Of a DNA stretch of 64,000 nucleotides, positions 1-8,408 are shown one piece after another (position 1 is the stretch's first letter; each line of letters starts with the position of its first letter). Made by a program: the position numbers and the translations under genes. Source of the stretch: Candidatus Bathyarchaeota archaeon (GTDB taxonomy: Archaea; Thermoproteota; Bathyarchaeia; Bathyarchaeales; DTEX01); assembly GCA_963714275.1 (NCBI GenBank), contig CAVQNT010000006.1:192001-256000 (forward strand). The letters are read 5' to 3'. Under the pieces are notes generated by a model. That model made no database searches and was not told the DNA's origin. It worked only from the letters and a program-made list of their open reading frames with translations.

Positions 1-144
1 ATTGGTTGATGTGTGAGAAGAATGGAAAAGAGGATGTTTTAGGTGTTTTTTGTCAAGACACAACCACTCTTATCACATTGCTTTTCTCCATCAACCATAA
101 TTCCAAAAAGGCGGGAGTGAAGGATAATAATCCAATCACATCAT

Positions 145-344
145 TTATGCTTCTCTGGAGGCTCTAGAAGCCGCGGCAACTCCAACCAGCAAGGCAATAA
201 TGATAAGGACTGATGCCATTGTCGTGGCTGAACTTGTCAGGTCAGCAGAGACAACTGCCATGAAGCCCATCCCAGTATGATTATGATGACTGCTATTGCA
301 ATCACGTAACCCAAGATGGGTCGGACTGTGTCCAATAATCCCAT
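145..344 (-). CDS. Small two-helix hydrophobic protein (~66 aa, one frameshift), candidate virion structural protein
   Basis: Manual translation gives MGLLDTVRPILGYVIAIAVIIIILG / MGFMAVVSADLTSSATTMASVLIIIALLVGVAAASRASREA* with one base missing near 270. GGTGGTG RBS upstream and a T-run downstream. Confidence 0.6.
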
Positions 345-401
345 TTTACATACACCACCATAAAGGCAGTTTCCTAGTACAATATTCTTGTCGGTTATAT
401 T

Positions 402-635
402 TTAAAGTGACATTGTACTAAATTTACCTTCTCTTCTCTTGGTTTGGTATCTTCTTATTGATGCCTTACCTTTATCAGTTTTGAAATATTTTTGTTGTGC
501 CTTCTTCACTGTAACCTTTCTCTTCAGTTTACCCTTCTCTGATTGGGTGTATTTTCTCAATGATAACCTTCCTTTAAGGGACTTAAAGTATTTCCTTTGT
601 GTCCTCTTCAATGCTTCACTTACCGTTCCCATCAC
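402..635 (-). CDS. Small highly basic repeat protein, putative nucleic-acid binding
   Basis: 77 aa, K/R-rich, with three copies of KYxx[ST]xKG[KR] (KYFKSLKGR, KYTQSEKGK, KYFKTDKGK). Confidence 0.6.
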   Translation of the reverse strand: MMGTVSEALKRTQRKYFKSLKGRLSLRKYTQSEKGKLKRKVTVKKAQQKYFKTDKGKASIRRYQTKRREGKFSTMSL

Positions 636-721
636 CCCATAAATGACAAGGTAGTTTACATGTAACGACTCTATGAAATGATTCTCTTAACCAATGATAA
701 AATCTGTTGAATAATGATTGA

Positions 722-1351
722 TTAGTCCCTTTTATCAAAATCTTTCATTGTATCATCATAGTTGTATGGAATATCTTGGCATAGAGCATTCAGTTGTTCC
801 TCGACATGGTCTATCTGGAAAATTGATTCTAAAAGATGTACTTGGATAAATCCACAGTTCACATTCAACAAACAAAAGGCATCATACCACAAATTCTTCT
901 CCATAACCCTCTGAGTATACTCTATCTTTGCTATCCTAACAGCCACATGGTGCCTAACTATACCCTTAACAATAGAGTTAATGACTAACTGTAAAACACC
1001 TTCATCCATGCTCAATATCTGGAAGCCAATGATAACTATGATGATATTACGTTCAAGGCAATCTCGTACTTGGTCTTTTGTCAAATTGTTCTTGAAAGAG
1101 ATGAACATGGCTTTGATAGTGGCTTCTGGATGAGCATCAAATTCATGGAGATATCTCATCCATCTATCTGGTTTGATGAAGCTCTTCATTGCAAAATCAT
1201 TTATTTGCCCAACAAGGATTTCATTACCTTTCACTGCATAAATGTCAGCACCAGATTGCCATGGTTGATGTGGAGGTAAAACCCAGCCCATCCTTCTAAG
1301 TGCTTCAGGAACCATACACTCACCAATTTGTGCAATGACATAAGAAGTCAA
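722..1351 (-). CDS. PD-(D/E)xK restriction-endonuclease-fold protein (divergent)
   Basis: GECMV..LRRMGW..GADIYAVKGNEILVGQIND pattern resembles the Mrr/Hjc-type nuclease core, but the usual Lys is not evident. Confidence 0.45.
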   Translation of the reverse strand: MTSYVIAQIGECMVPEALRRMGWVLPPHQPWQSGADIYAVKGNEILVGQINDFAMKSFIKPDRWMRYLHEFDAHPEATIKAMFISFKNNLTKDQVRDCLERNIIIVIIGFQILSMDEGVLQLVINSIVKGIVRHHVAVRIAKIEYTQRVMEKNLWYDAFCLLNVNCGFIQVHLLESIFQIDHVEEQLNALCQDIPYNYDDTMKDFDKRD

Positions 1352-1621
1352 TACAACAATGGTTGATAATAGAGTGGAAAGAATGGTAAAGTGGCTGTTC
1401 CATAATGTTTCTTGGCATGGGATGAATTTTTTTCAAAAGTGGGAGTGATTCGATTTTTAGATAGGTTTTGAGCATTTATTGGCTCAACCAATCATTGTTT
1501 CCACACACACAGCAATTTATAGACTTAACTTCTATAATAACTTACCATGACCCTTTATTTATAATAGTATGGTAAATTTAGGCTTTATTCCTCATTTTAA
1601 GGTGTTTTTGAGCCTATTCCA

Positions 1622-1634
1622 AAAATTTTATAAA
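1622..1634 (+). promoter_or_regulatory. Archaeal BRE/TATA-like promoter for the small-ORF cluster
   Basis: AAAATTTTATAAA about 35 nt upstream of the ATG at 1669. Confidence 0.45.
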
Positions 1635-1668
1635 GTCCCAAAGACAACAATTACTTAGATGATTTAAC

Positions 1669-1797
1669 ATGACAATAAGAGCATACAAATTCACTGGGAT
1701 AGAGGTTCATCAAAGAGAGAATCCAAACGAGTATTTTCGGCAATACTATCACAAGGTTAAGAAACAAAGAATGGCACAAAAGAGTGGACAGAAATAG
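1669..1797 (+). CDS. Small basic hypothetical protein (42 aa)
   Basis: Manual translation MTIRAYKFTGIEVHQRENPNEYFRQYYHKVKKQRMAQKSGQK*, first ORF after a TATA box. Confidence 0.45.
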   Translation: MTIRAYKFTGIEVHQRENPNEYFRQYYHKVKKQRMAQKSGQK

Positions 1798-1919
1798 ATT
1801 GGGCAGAAAACCAGCGACAAAGAAACAACTGAAAAAGCTTCATCGCCACAAATCATTCTCCATAAAACGTGCATACAGGCAGTTCGAAGAATATAGATGA
1901 TTGCCCATAAAAATGTGGG

Positions 1920-2405
1920 ATGTCACTCAACTTGAAGGGTCACAATTGGGGAGGACTTTGTAAAAAATGTGGGAAATCCCATCTACATGGAAGGCTCAAT
2001 AAATCAAGTTGGAACAAAGGTTTAACGAATCTTACTGATGAAAGGGTTGCAGAGTCAAGTAGAAAAAGAGCATTGTGGAACAAACTAAATCCACATGGTA
2101 TATCTTTTGAACAAAGAAAGAAAATAAGTTGTTATGCTATCAAAAGGTTTCAAGACCCACTTTGGAGACAATGGTTCTTTGAAAGAATGAGAGAAACCAC
2201 ATGGGAAAACTCAGAACGTAACCTTAAAATTAGTAAAGTACAGTTCATGGTTTGGATTAATCGGAAACACCAAATAGAAAATAGATTGGGTTATGTCATT
2301 ACACATCTCACGTGGGCTCATCTTTATGGTAAAGCCAAAGCACAAGAAATGAAAGATGATGCCTCTGTTCGTGCAGTAATTTGGTGGCAAAAGAATCACA
2401 AATGA
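1920..2405 (+). CDS. NUMOD3-like DNA-binding motif protein, virus-like
   Basis: N-terminal CKKCGKSH. SWNKGLTNLTDERV resembles the WNKGLT nuclease-associated DNA-binding motif. Confidence 0.55.
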   Translation: MSLNLKGHNWGGLCKKCGKSHLHGRLNKSSWNKGLTNLTDERVAESSRKRALWNKLNPHGISFEQRKKISCYAIKRFQDPLWRQWFFERMRETTWENSERNLKISKVQFMVWINRKHQIENRLGYVITHLTWAHLYGKAKAQEMKDDASVRAVIWWQKNHK

Positions 2406-2467
2406 AAGAGGACTTTGTAAATAGGACTAAAAACCGTTGGTTCAACAATTCAAAAGACTGATTATCA

Positions 2468-2689
2468 TTGCTATATGGGAGTAAGCTGGGTGAACTAGAT
2501 GCCAAACTAGTTGGAATAGTTGTATCTGATTTAGAGTTTGCTAGAAAGTGTCTTGTGGAGAAGACAGCCAAGTACAGTTATTATGAAAATACGGGACTTT
2601 TAGAACATTCCTATCTATATCCTAAGTACAATGGTGATAAACCCAAAATGGTTGAAATTCAGTTCCCAAATGAAGAGGAATATAGATGA
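2468..2689 (+). CDS. Hypothetical protein (probably starts near 2402 with a frameshift)
   Basis: ORF track; ATGA overlap with the next ORF. Confidence 0.4.
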   Translation: MLYGSKLGELDAKLVGIVVSDLEFARKCLVEKTAKYSYYENTGLLEHSYLYPKYNGDKPKMVEIQFPNEEEYR

Positions 2690-2886
2690 CAACACAAAGT
2701 GGTTCCTATCCAATGACCAACAATGTTTTGGCACGTTATCAGAATAAGGGAATTGTGCATCATTGTCCACGTTGTGGTAAGTCCTTCATTGTCCATGACA
2801 AGGTTCATGTTACCCGAAAAATGTGTATCATGAAGAATGTTATGAAGCAACAATCATTGATGTCCCAGATGAGGAAGAGGAAATAA
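2686..2886 (+). CDS. Small Zn-ribbon-like protein
   Basis: HCPRCGKSF motif; translationally coupled by ATGA overlap. Confidence 0.5.
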   Translation: MTTQSGSYPMTNNVLARYQNKGIVHHCPRCGKSFIVHDKVHVTRKMCIMKNVMKQQSLMSQMRKRK

Positions 2887-2890
2887 TGAC

Positions 2891-3046
2891 ATGAAGATTT
2901 GTAAGGTTTGTGGACGAGTTTATAATACTGTCCAAAAAGATACCTGTTGTGGAAGGCATGCTCGAACTCTAAAGACTAGAATAAAGAAAGAGAAAATCAA
3001 ACATGAGAAAGAACTAAGGCGCAAGTCTTTACTCATTGACCTTTGA
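2891..3046 (+). CDS. Small basic Cys-rich protein (51 aa)
   Basis: Manual translation MKICKVCGRVYNTVQKDTCCGRHARTLKTRIKKEKIKHEKELRRKSLLIDL*. Confidence 0.5.
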   Translation: MKICKVCGRVYNTVQKDTCCGRHARTLKTRIKKEKIKHEKELRRKSLLIDL

Positions 3047-3714
3047 AGCTCCATACTTGTATTAATTGTTCATGATAGGTACTTTCTACACTAAAAACAC
3101 TACCCTAAACAGTGATAAATACCTCCTTATTACGTATATAACAACATGCAAATTGGCTTTTTTAGGTATGTTTTCAATGGTTTTTGGTCATCTGATACGT
3201 TGTTTTTTAGCGTATTTTGTACTAAGTCCTCTCTGCAACATAGATTGGATACATCTTTTTGGGACATTGAAACGTATCCATTCTATTCCCATAAGGCATG
3301 TCCTTTTTAAAAATTGTTTAAAACTCTGTCCTCCCCCAGATGTAGGTTAAGGAATCGATTTAAAAGGGGCATTTCTGGTATCAATGAACCCATTTTAGGG
3401 GTAATGGCTTGGAAAAATAAATATAAAAAAAAGTGTCCCATATATATAATATGGTATGTACCCTCCCCTACGTCTAGTGGTTTTTGGGCTCGTGATTCAT
3501 TATGTAAAGAGTATCTAATTATTCTTTACATATCCTCATCAAATCCCTTGATTTCCATGCCCCAAGACTTTGTTTGTTTTTGATGTGATGTCATTGGATT
3601 CCTAAATGATTATTTAGGGTTTGAAATAGATTCATTGAAACCAAGCATTTTCCAAGTGAAATTGAAGCGAAAAAAAATCTAAAAAAAGTCCACTGAATCA
3701 TTTGGAATTTGATG

Positions 3715-3823
3715 ACTTTAGCACAGGCTTCAAAAGAGGCTCTAGGGCATGTAAAAATCACTGTTGAGCTTCGTCCAGTGCACTCAGAACTTCAGTACAG
3801 GCAAAAAGACAACTTCAGCACAG
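3715..3823. repeat. Three imperfect 12-bp direct repeats ACTTYAGYACAG
   Basis: actttagcacag 3715-3726, acttcagtacag 3789-3800, acttcagcacag 3812-3823. Confidence 0.7.
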
Positions 3824-3845
3824 AACAAATGATTAAAATTTAATC

Positions 3846-4110
3846 CCCAAACCCAAACCCAAACTACCTCACTCTACCTCATCTCTCTCTAGTAATAGGT
3901 ATAGAAACCAACAAACAAACAATCAATAAAAGAAACAGCTGCTTACTGCTTACTAGGTACTAGACATACTAGGTACTAGGCTTCTCGTGTCGTCAGTCAG
4001 AGACACGCACTCTCTCTCCCTTCACACATAATAAACCATAACTCACACACAAACTTGTGCGAGAGTAATATATACTAAATAAACAACACAATTAGACAGT
4101 CAGTCAGACA
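3846..4110. repeat. Cluster of micro-tandem repeats and hairpins
   Basis: (CCCAAA)x3 3846-3863; CTACCTCA x2 3864-3881; (AACA)x3 3910-3921; GCTTACT x2 3941-3954; TACTAGGTACTAG at 3951 and 3967; GTCAGTCAGA at 3992 and 4099; CGTGTC/GACACG stem 3986-4007. Confidence 0.75.
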
Positions 4111-4207
4111 CAGATAGTTACGCAGTGAACACATTTATCAGCTTTTCTTGCAGGTTAATATATCATTATGTGAAAACAGTATAATCGCTTTCCGACGCTG
4201 TTACTCG

Positions 4208-4882
4208 TCAACTTTGCTCTTCGGGCGGGGGTCTTCTAAAGTAATAACCCATTTTTTGTCTTAACAATTCTCTCGTTTCTTGTGATAATTGAAGTACTAT
4301 AGAGCTTAAGATGGTTTTATCCATGGGTTCAGCCTTTGCAATGTTTTGACAGTTAATTCTATTTATTGTCTTAAAACTAATCATTCTGTGTCGAGTAGTT
4401 ATTGTGAATTGTTCTTTAGTTTCTTCAAATTCGGCAATTGAGTTTTTGGGTCAATTATTTCTTTATACTTCAATTTTTTTCCGAGAGTGTATTCTGGAAA
4501 TAGCGGATTGCCTTCATATATAAAATAGGTTCTCTGCCCGAATTCTTTTTTGTTTAGGTAGTCAGCCTTCTCAGTATCTGTGAGTTTGTTCCATGTTTTT
4601 GGATGAGTAAAATTCTTGCTCATGCCTTCTTTATTCAAAGAAGTCAAATCATTTGAGAGAAAAGGATTATCGAAAAGTGCTGTATTGACTTCCTCCAAAG
4701 GTGTGAGAATTAGTGTCCTATTTCCAATATCACAGCAAGGGTCTAGTACAACTGAATACTGAGAATTTTCAATTTTAAACCTACACGGCTAAATGGTTTT
4801 TCAATATTTGGAACTATTGATTATAGCCTTTTACAACATCGCCAAATCTTAATCTGTTTTCAATTAAGGGACTGTAAAACAT
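4208..4882 (-). CDS. Hypothetical protein with PemK/MazF-like signature (~225 aa, frameshifted)
   Basis: Joined frames read MFYSPLIENRLRFGDVVKGY...YSVVLDPCCDIGNRTLILTPL...MISFKTI...LQLSQETRELLRQKMGYYFRRPP. Includes track ORF 4399-4698. Confidence 0.5.
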
Positions 4883-4891
4883 AATTGTAAC

Positions 4892-5119
4892 CTATTCTGA
4901 AGGAAGTTCGTTGATGTCCACAGAGGTTCCCTGCGTCTTTCTATCTTTCAGTGACCTGAAGTCTTCGTTGATTGCTACTTCCTCTATGCCGACAAATTTA
5001 CCATCCAAGGTTAACTTAACCAGAATAAGGTACTTGTCAAAATTACATAGCTTATGCGTGAATTGGCTTTCTGAATTTCCCCCTGTTACAGTTTTTGGTT
5101 TTCTGATTATTTCTGTCAT
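4892..5119 (-). CDS. Small hypothetical protein, middle gene of the three-gene module
   Basis: 75-aa ORF 6 nt downstream of the TIGR04255-like gene and 9 nt upstream of the next gene. Confidence 0.6.
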   Translation of the reverse strand: MTEIIRKPKTVTGGNSESQFTHKLCNFDKYLILVKLTLDGKFVGIEEVAINEDFRSLKDRKTQGTSVDINELPSE

Positions 5120-5125
5120 TTAATT

Positions 5126-5888
5126 TCACTTAAGCGTGCCAGTTCTCATATATTGCTTTACGGGTTCTTTTACGATGTTGAAATACTCATAATGAATTAT
5201 TTGATAAAGTTCGTCAGTAATCTGAAGATAGTCTTTGGAGGCTATATTAGTTTCGAAGCCATCAAAATCCAAAACTATAGCGTCTTTGCCCTGAGCATTT
5301 TTTATCTTTGTTTCTTGATAGATTAAGTCTATGGCTGCTCCTAGTACAATTTATAAACAAATATGAATCGGATACCTCGTTCATTGAGAATCTATCGGTT
5401 GGAAAAGATGAATTGTAAAGTCGTTTCAGAGTATCGTTATCACTGGTTGGTAATGGGCACTCATCAATATAACGTAAACCTATACGGCTTATTATGGGTA
5501 CATTAATAGTACTTAGGAAATTTCCGATAACGAACTCAATTGTATCTCTAAATTTTAGTTGTTCATTTGGGTTATTATAGGATTTATGCTTCTTTGAAAT
5601 AATACTAACGGAGTTAGTTTGTACCCTGATTTCGATTTCTTCTTTTGAAAAAAAAGTCCAAATTTTTGTTACGTCTGAAGGATTTAATTCTTCATCGAAG
5701 TCTTTCTTTCCAGCACGAAGTCGCTCACTTAGAAGCAAGTGCCGTCGCAAAACCAATTTAGAATCAGGGAATCTGGAGATTATTTTCTCCTGAAATTCTC
5801 CTATTTTTCCTTCTACTGAAAACAAATCTGGAAATTTAATCTCGAAAGCAACTTCTTTAATTGTTGGGTAAACGAAAATTTCGCTCAT
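5126..5888 (-). CDS. TIGR04255 family protein (C-terminal frameshifts)
   Basis: N-terminal PTIKEVAFEIKFP, central RIGLRYID, and VLDFDGF after the shift match my recollection of the family. Confidence 0.75.
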
Positions 5889-6019
5889 TTAAATCCCTCA
5901 GTGTTCCTCAATTTATTGTTTCGAAGGTAACATATAGTTTTTACGTATGAGGCACGTCGTGCTATAGGTGAATTAACCTTATTATGCTTTACATTATTTC
6001 TTCCTAATAAATCCAAGGC

Positions 6020-6236
6020 TTAAACATCTGCTTGTCTAGGAAACCACGAATCCCTTTCTCCTCTTAGACATTTCGCAAGTAAAATAGCCTCTTCATCAAT
6101 CAAAGTCTCAAGTGTTTGCCTTTTACCTACCTTTATTCTTGGAATATCAATAATTGTCTCAAAGAAACCATCCAAACTTTTCATGAGTTCTCTTGTTTTG
6201 GTTTCATTCAAGTATTCTCTCTTGCCCTTTCTTGTC
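6020..6236 (-). pseudogene. cas1: 3' remnant of a solo/casposon-type Cas1
   Basis: TRKGKREYLNETKTRELMKSLDGFFETIIDIPRIKVGKRQTLETLIDEEAILLAKCLRGERDSWFPR resembles the C-terminus of archaeal CRISPR-independent Cas1. No upstream coding continuation and no CRISPR array in the window. Confidence 0.6.
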
Positions 6237-6334
6237 TAGCTAGCTACTAAAGGTATTCCACATTCAACATCTATCGCATTTCAAGAAAGGGCTCTTTTGT
6301 TCTAATAGGAATGGTATAATGTTTTTATGTTCAA

Positions 6335-6586
6335 ATGCTCATTTACTATTTTATGGAGGCTATAAACGAAATAGTGCAATTATTCGTAAGCCATCCAGAA
6401 TCAATATTTATAATTATCATAGCTTGGTTTTTGATTATATTAATTTTGGATAAATTACTTAAAGTGCATATTACTCCTTGGTGGGGATTGTTCAGTCTTT
6501 TGTTGGCGGTAGGAGTTGGAGTCTTTTACATAATTTATTATAAACAAATTCTAGGTCTTAATTCATATGCTTTCTTAATCTTCTAA
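6335..6586 (+). CDS. Small membrane protein
   Basis: 83 aa with two hydrophobic segments. Confidence 0.5.
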   Translation: MLIYYFMEAINEIVQLFVSHPESIFIIIIAWFLIILILDKLLKVHITPWWGLFSLLLAVGVGVFYIIYYKQILGLNSYAFLIF

Positions 6587-6626
6587 CTAAGTGAGTGAAT
6601 GATAGGACTAATCATCTTATAGTATT

Positions 6627-6893
6627 TCATTCTCTTGTTGCCTCTTCAAGATTATTTCTTGTTGCCTCTTCAAAGTTCTTTTTCTGCTTTTCCTCTTGTC
6701 TCATCAGTTCCATTAATTTCACAAGATAAATATTCGGACTATTAGTTCGGTAGTAAGATATCTGATAGTCTGTAGAAAACCCTAATAATTGACAAAAAAT
6801 CAAGTGACTATTATAATTCCGTTGAGTTAACTTAACACATATATTTATTACTGCCCCTGATGATTTTTTTTCAGCCGGATGACGAGAAGGCAT
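6627..6893 (-). CDS. Hypothetical protein
   Basis: 88-aa ORF. The C-terminal EEATR duplication comes from a 17-bp direct repeat at 6633-6649 and 6657-6673. Confidence 0.4.
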   Translation of the reverse strand: MPSRHPAEKKSSGAVINICVKLTQRNYNSHLIFCQLLGFSTDYQISYYRTNSPNIYLVKLMELMRQEEKQKKNFEEATRNNLEEATRE

Positions 6894-7017
6894 TTGTTTG
6901 ACCTTAATGATAGTTCAGAGTTAAACGGACGGCTAAAACCCAAAGATGTGTCTCGGACCAGATGATCGTAAATTTTCTGGTATAGATAACTTCATTTCAA
7001 TGTTTCTAGTTTGTTTT

Positions 7018-7308
7018 CTATTTGGTCTTTCGCAGGATTGGTAACTCATAATTTTCGCCGATGAACCAACCGAAGATTGCTGTTAACGCTCCGAAAGCAA
7101 TCATGAGAAGCTGCGTAAAAATGTCAAAGGTGAACACCGCTGACGGACCTGCGATGAGAAATAAACCTAACACGTAAACTGAGGCTCCCAACACAGCTGA
7201 GACAGCCATACCCATGGTTCCATGAACTTTTTTTCCCAACACGAAACCTGTAAAAAACGTAAGCGGGATCACAAGCCAACCAAGGTCCATTTTTGTCCGT
7301 TGCTCCAA
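7018..7308 (-). CDS. Small membrane protein (three TM segments)
   Basis: 96-aa hydrophobic ORF. Confidence 0.6.
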   Translation of the reverse strand: MEQRTKMDLGWLVIPLTFFTGFVLGKKVHGTMGMAVSAVLGASVYVLGLFLIAGPSAVFTFDIFTQLLMIAFGALTAIFGWFIGENYELPILRKTK

Positions 7309-7536
7309 TCAATCTTTTTTGGGAAACTTAACCTAAAAAGGATTACGTTAAAGAGTTTATATGTTCGAAGAACAATTTCGCATTGAATTCAAACCCAAAG
7401 ATATATAATATAAAATTGGATTCACCCCATGGCAACAATCAGTATAAATTATTTTTTTAACCGATGAAAGCATGTCAAAAGAAGGGAGTTTTATAATTTT
7501 GTTTCTGAAATGGGATTCGCGCCACGTTCCCTCATG

Positions 7537-7818
7537 TTAAACAGCTTTTCCATCATCCTTGTATTCTTTGCCTACAATCATGGTGGAGGAGAAGGTGATA
7601 CCCGACATCATACGTATCTTGTCAATCATGAAGTCTAGCTGTTGTAAGTTTTCTACACGTATAACTGCAATGACATCGTAATCGCCATAAACAATGTTGA
7701 CCTCTGAAACGTATGAGTACTCGGTCAACGCATTGCACACTTCCCTTTCAGTGCCCGAATTAACCTTGCAAAGTATGTAAGCCTTGATATCCGCCAACAC
7801 ATTCACCTTTAGATCCAA
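7537..7818 (-). CDS. Stand-alone Lrp/AsnC ligand-binding (RAM) domain protein
   Basis: KAYILCKV...VYGDYDVIAV...STMIV pattern, no HTH. Confidence 0.85.
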   Translation of the reverse strand: MDLKVNVLADIKAYILCKVNSGTEREVCNALTEYSYVSEVNIVYGDYDVIAVIRVENLQQLDFMIDKIRMMSGITFSSTMIVGKEYKDDGKAV

Positions 7819-7970
7819 TCATTTTTTCTGTTCATTGCTTTAAATCCTTTAAGATTCAGCTACTCCGTTTATAGTCTAATCAGAGTCAATCACGGGTATT
7901 GAATCTCACATTTCTAAATCTAATGAATTGGAATTGTGGGTAAATCATTGGTGAACCTTGGTTTTACCAG

Positions 7971-8216
7971 TTATGGTGTGGTCATTATGTCTATGACTAT
8001 CATGGTTAAGGTTGACCTGACTTTGTTGAGTCTCCGTATGCGCCATGTCACGATGTCCTTAAGTTTATCCATTGAATCAGCCTTAACCTTGGCTATCAAA
8101 TCGTAGACTCCGTAAACGCTGTAGGCTTCCTCGACTCCTTCCACCTTTTTGAGTTCTGCAAGAACCTCGCTCTCAGAACCTATCTCAGCATTAATCAAGA
8201 CAAACGCAATCGGCAT
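7971..8216 (-). CDS. Stand-alone Lrp/AsnC ligand-binding (RAM) domain protein
   Basis: AFVLINAEIG...VYGVYDLIAKV...STLTMIV. Confidence 0.9.
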   Translation of the reverse strand: MPIAFVLINAEIGSESEVLAELKKVEGVEEAYSVYGVYDLIAKVKADSMDKLKDIVTWRIRRLNKVRSTLTMIVIDIMTTP

Positions 8217-8408
8217 GTTCTGTTCCTCATTATTCTTGTTCTACAATTACATCATAATTGTTTTTGGTTATTAAATATTTACGCCTATCTCTGTCATTCT
8301 TTCCTTCATGTGCTCTCCTTTTCTCTGAAGATTGGTAATGTTTAATAAATGCCTATTAACGACGGATAAATTTATTTAGAAACAGAAGCCAATTACTAAC
8401 GGGAGACA

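Larger units (their letters stand above)
1..7310. mobile_element. AT-rich accessory island (provirus/casposon-like remnant), left end outside the window
   Basis: Visibly more AT-rich than the downstream housekeeping genes. Contains short overlapping ORFs, Zn-finger and NUMOD-like motifs, a nuclease-like ORF and a cas1-like fragment. No integrase, att site or TIR seen, so the right boundary is approximate. Confidence 0.6.

Noticed and set aside
3066-3583. Track ORFs 3066-3350 and 3314-3583
   Set aside because: TTG starts, composition driven by A/T tracts and no motifs; likely spurious.
3700-4140. CRISPR array associated with the cas1 fragment
   Set aside because: Repeats are 13 bp or shorter, heterogeneous and irregularly spaced, with no repeat-spacer periodicity.
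6633-6673. 17-bp direct repeat as target-site duplication or att site
   Set aside because: The copies are only 24 bp apart and in frame within an ORF, consistent with a local tandem duplication.
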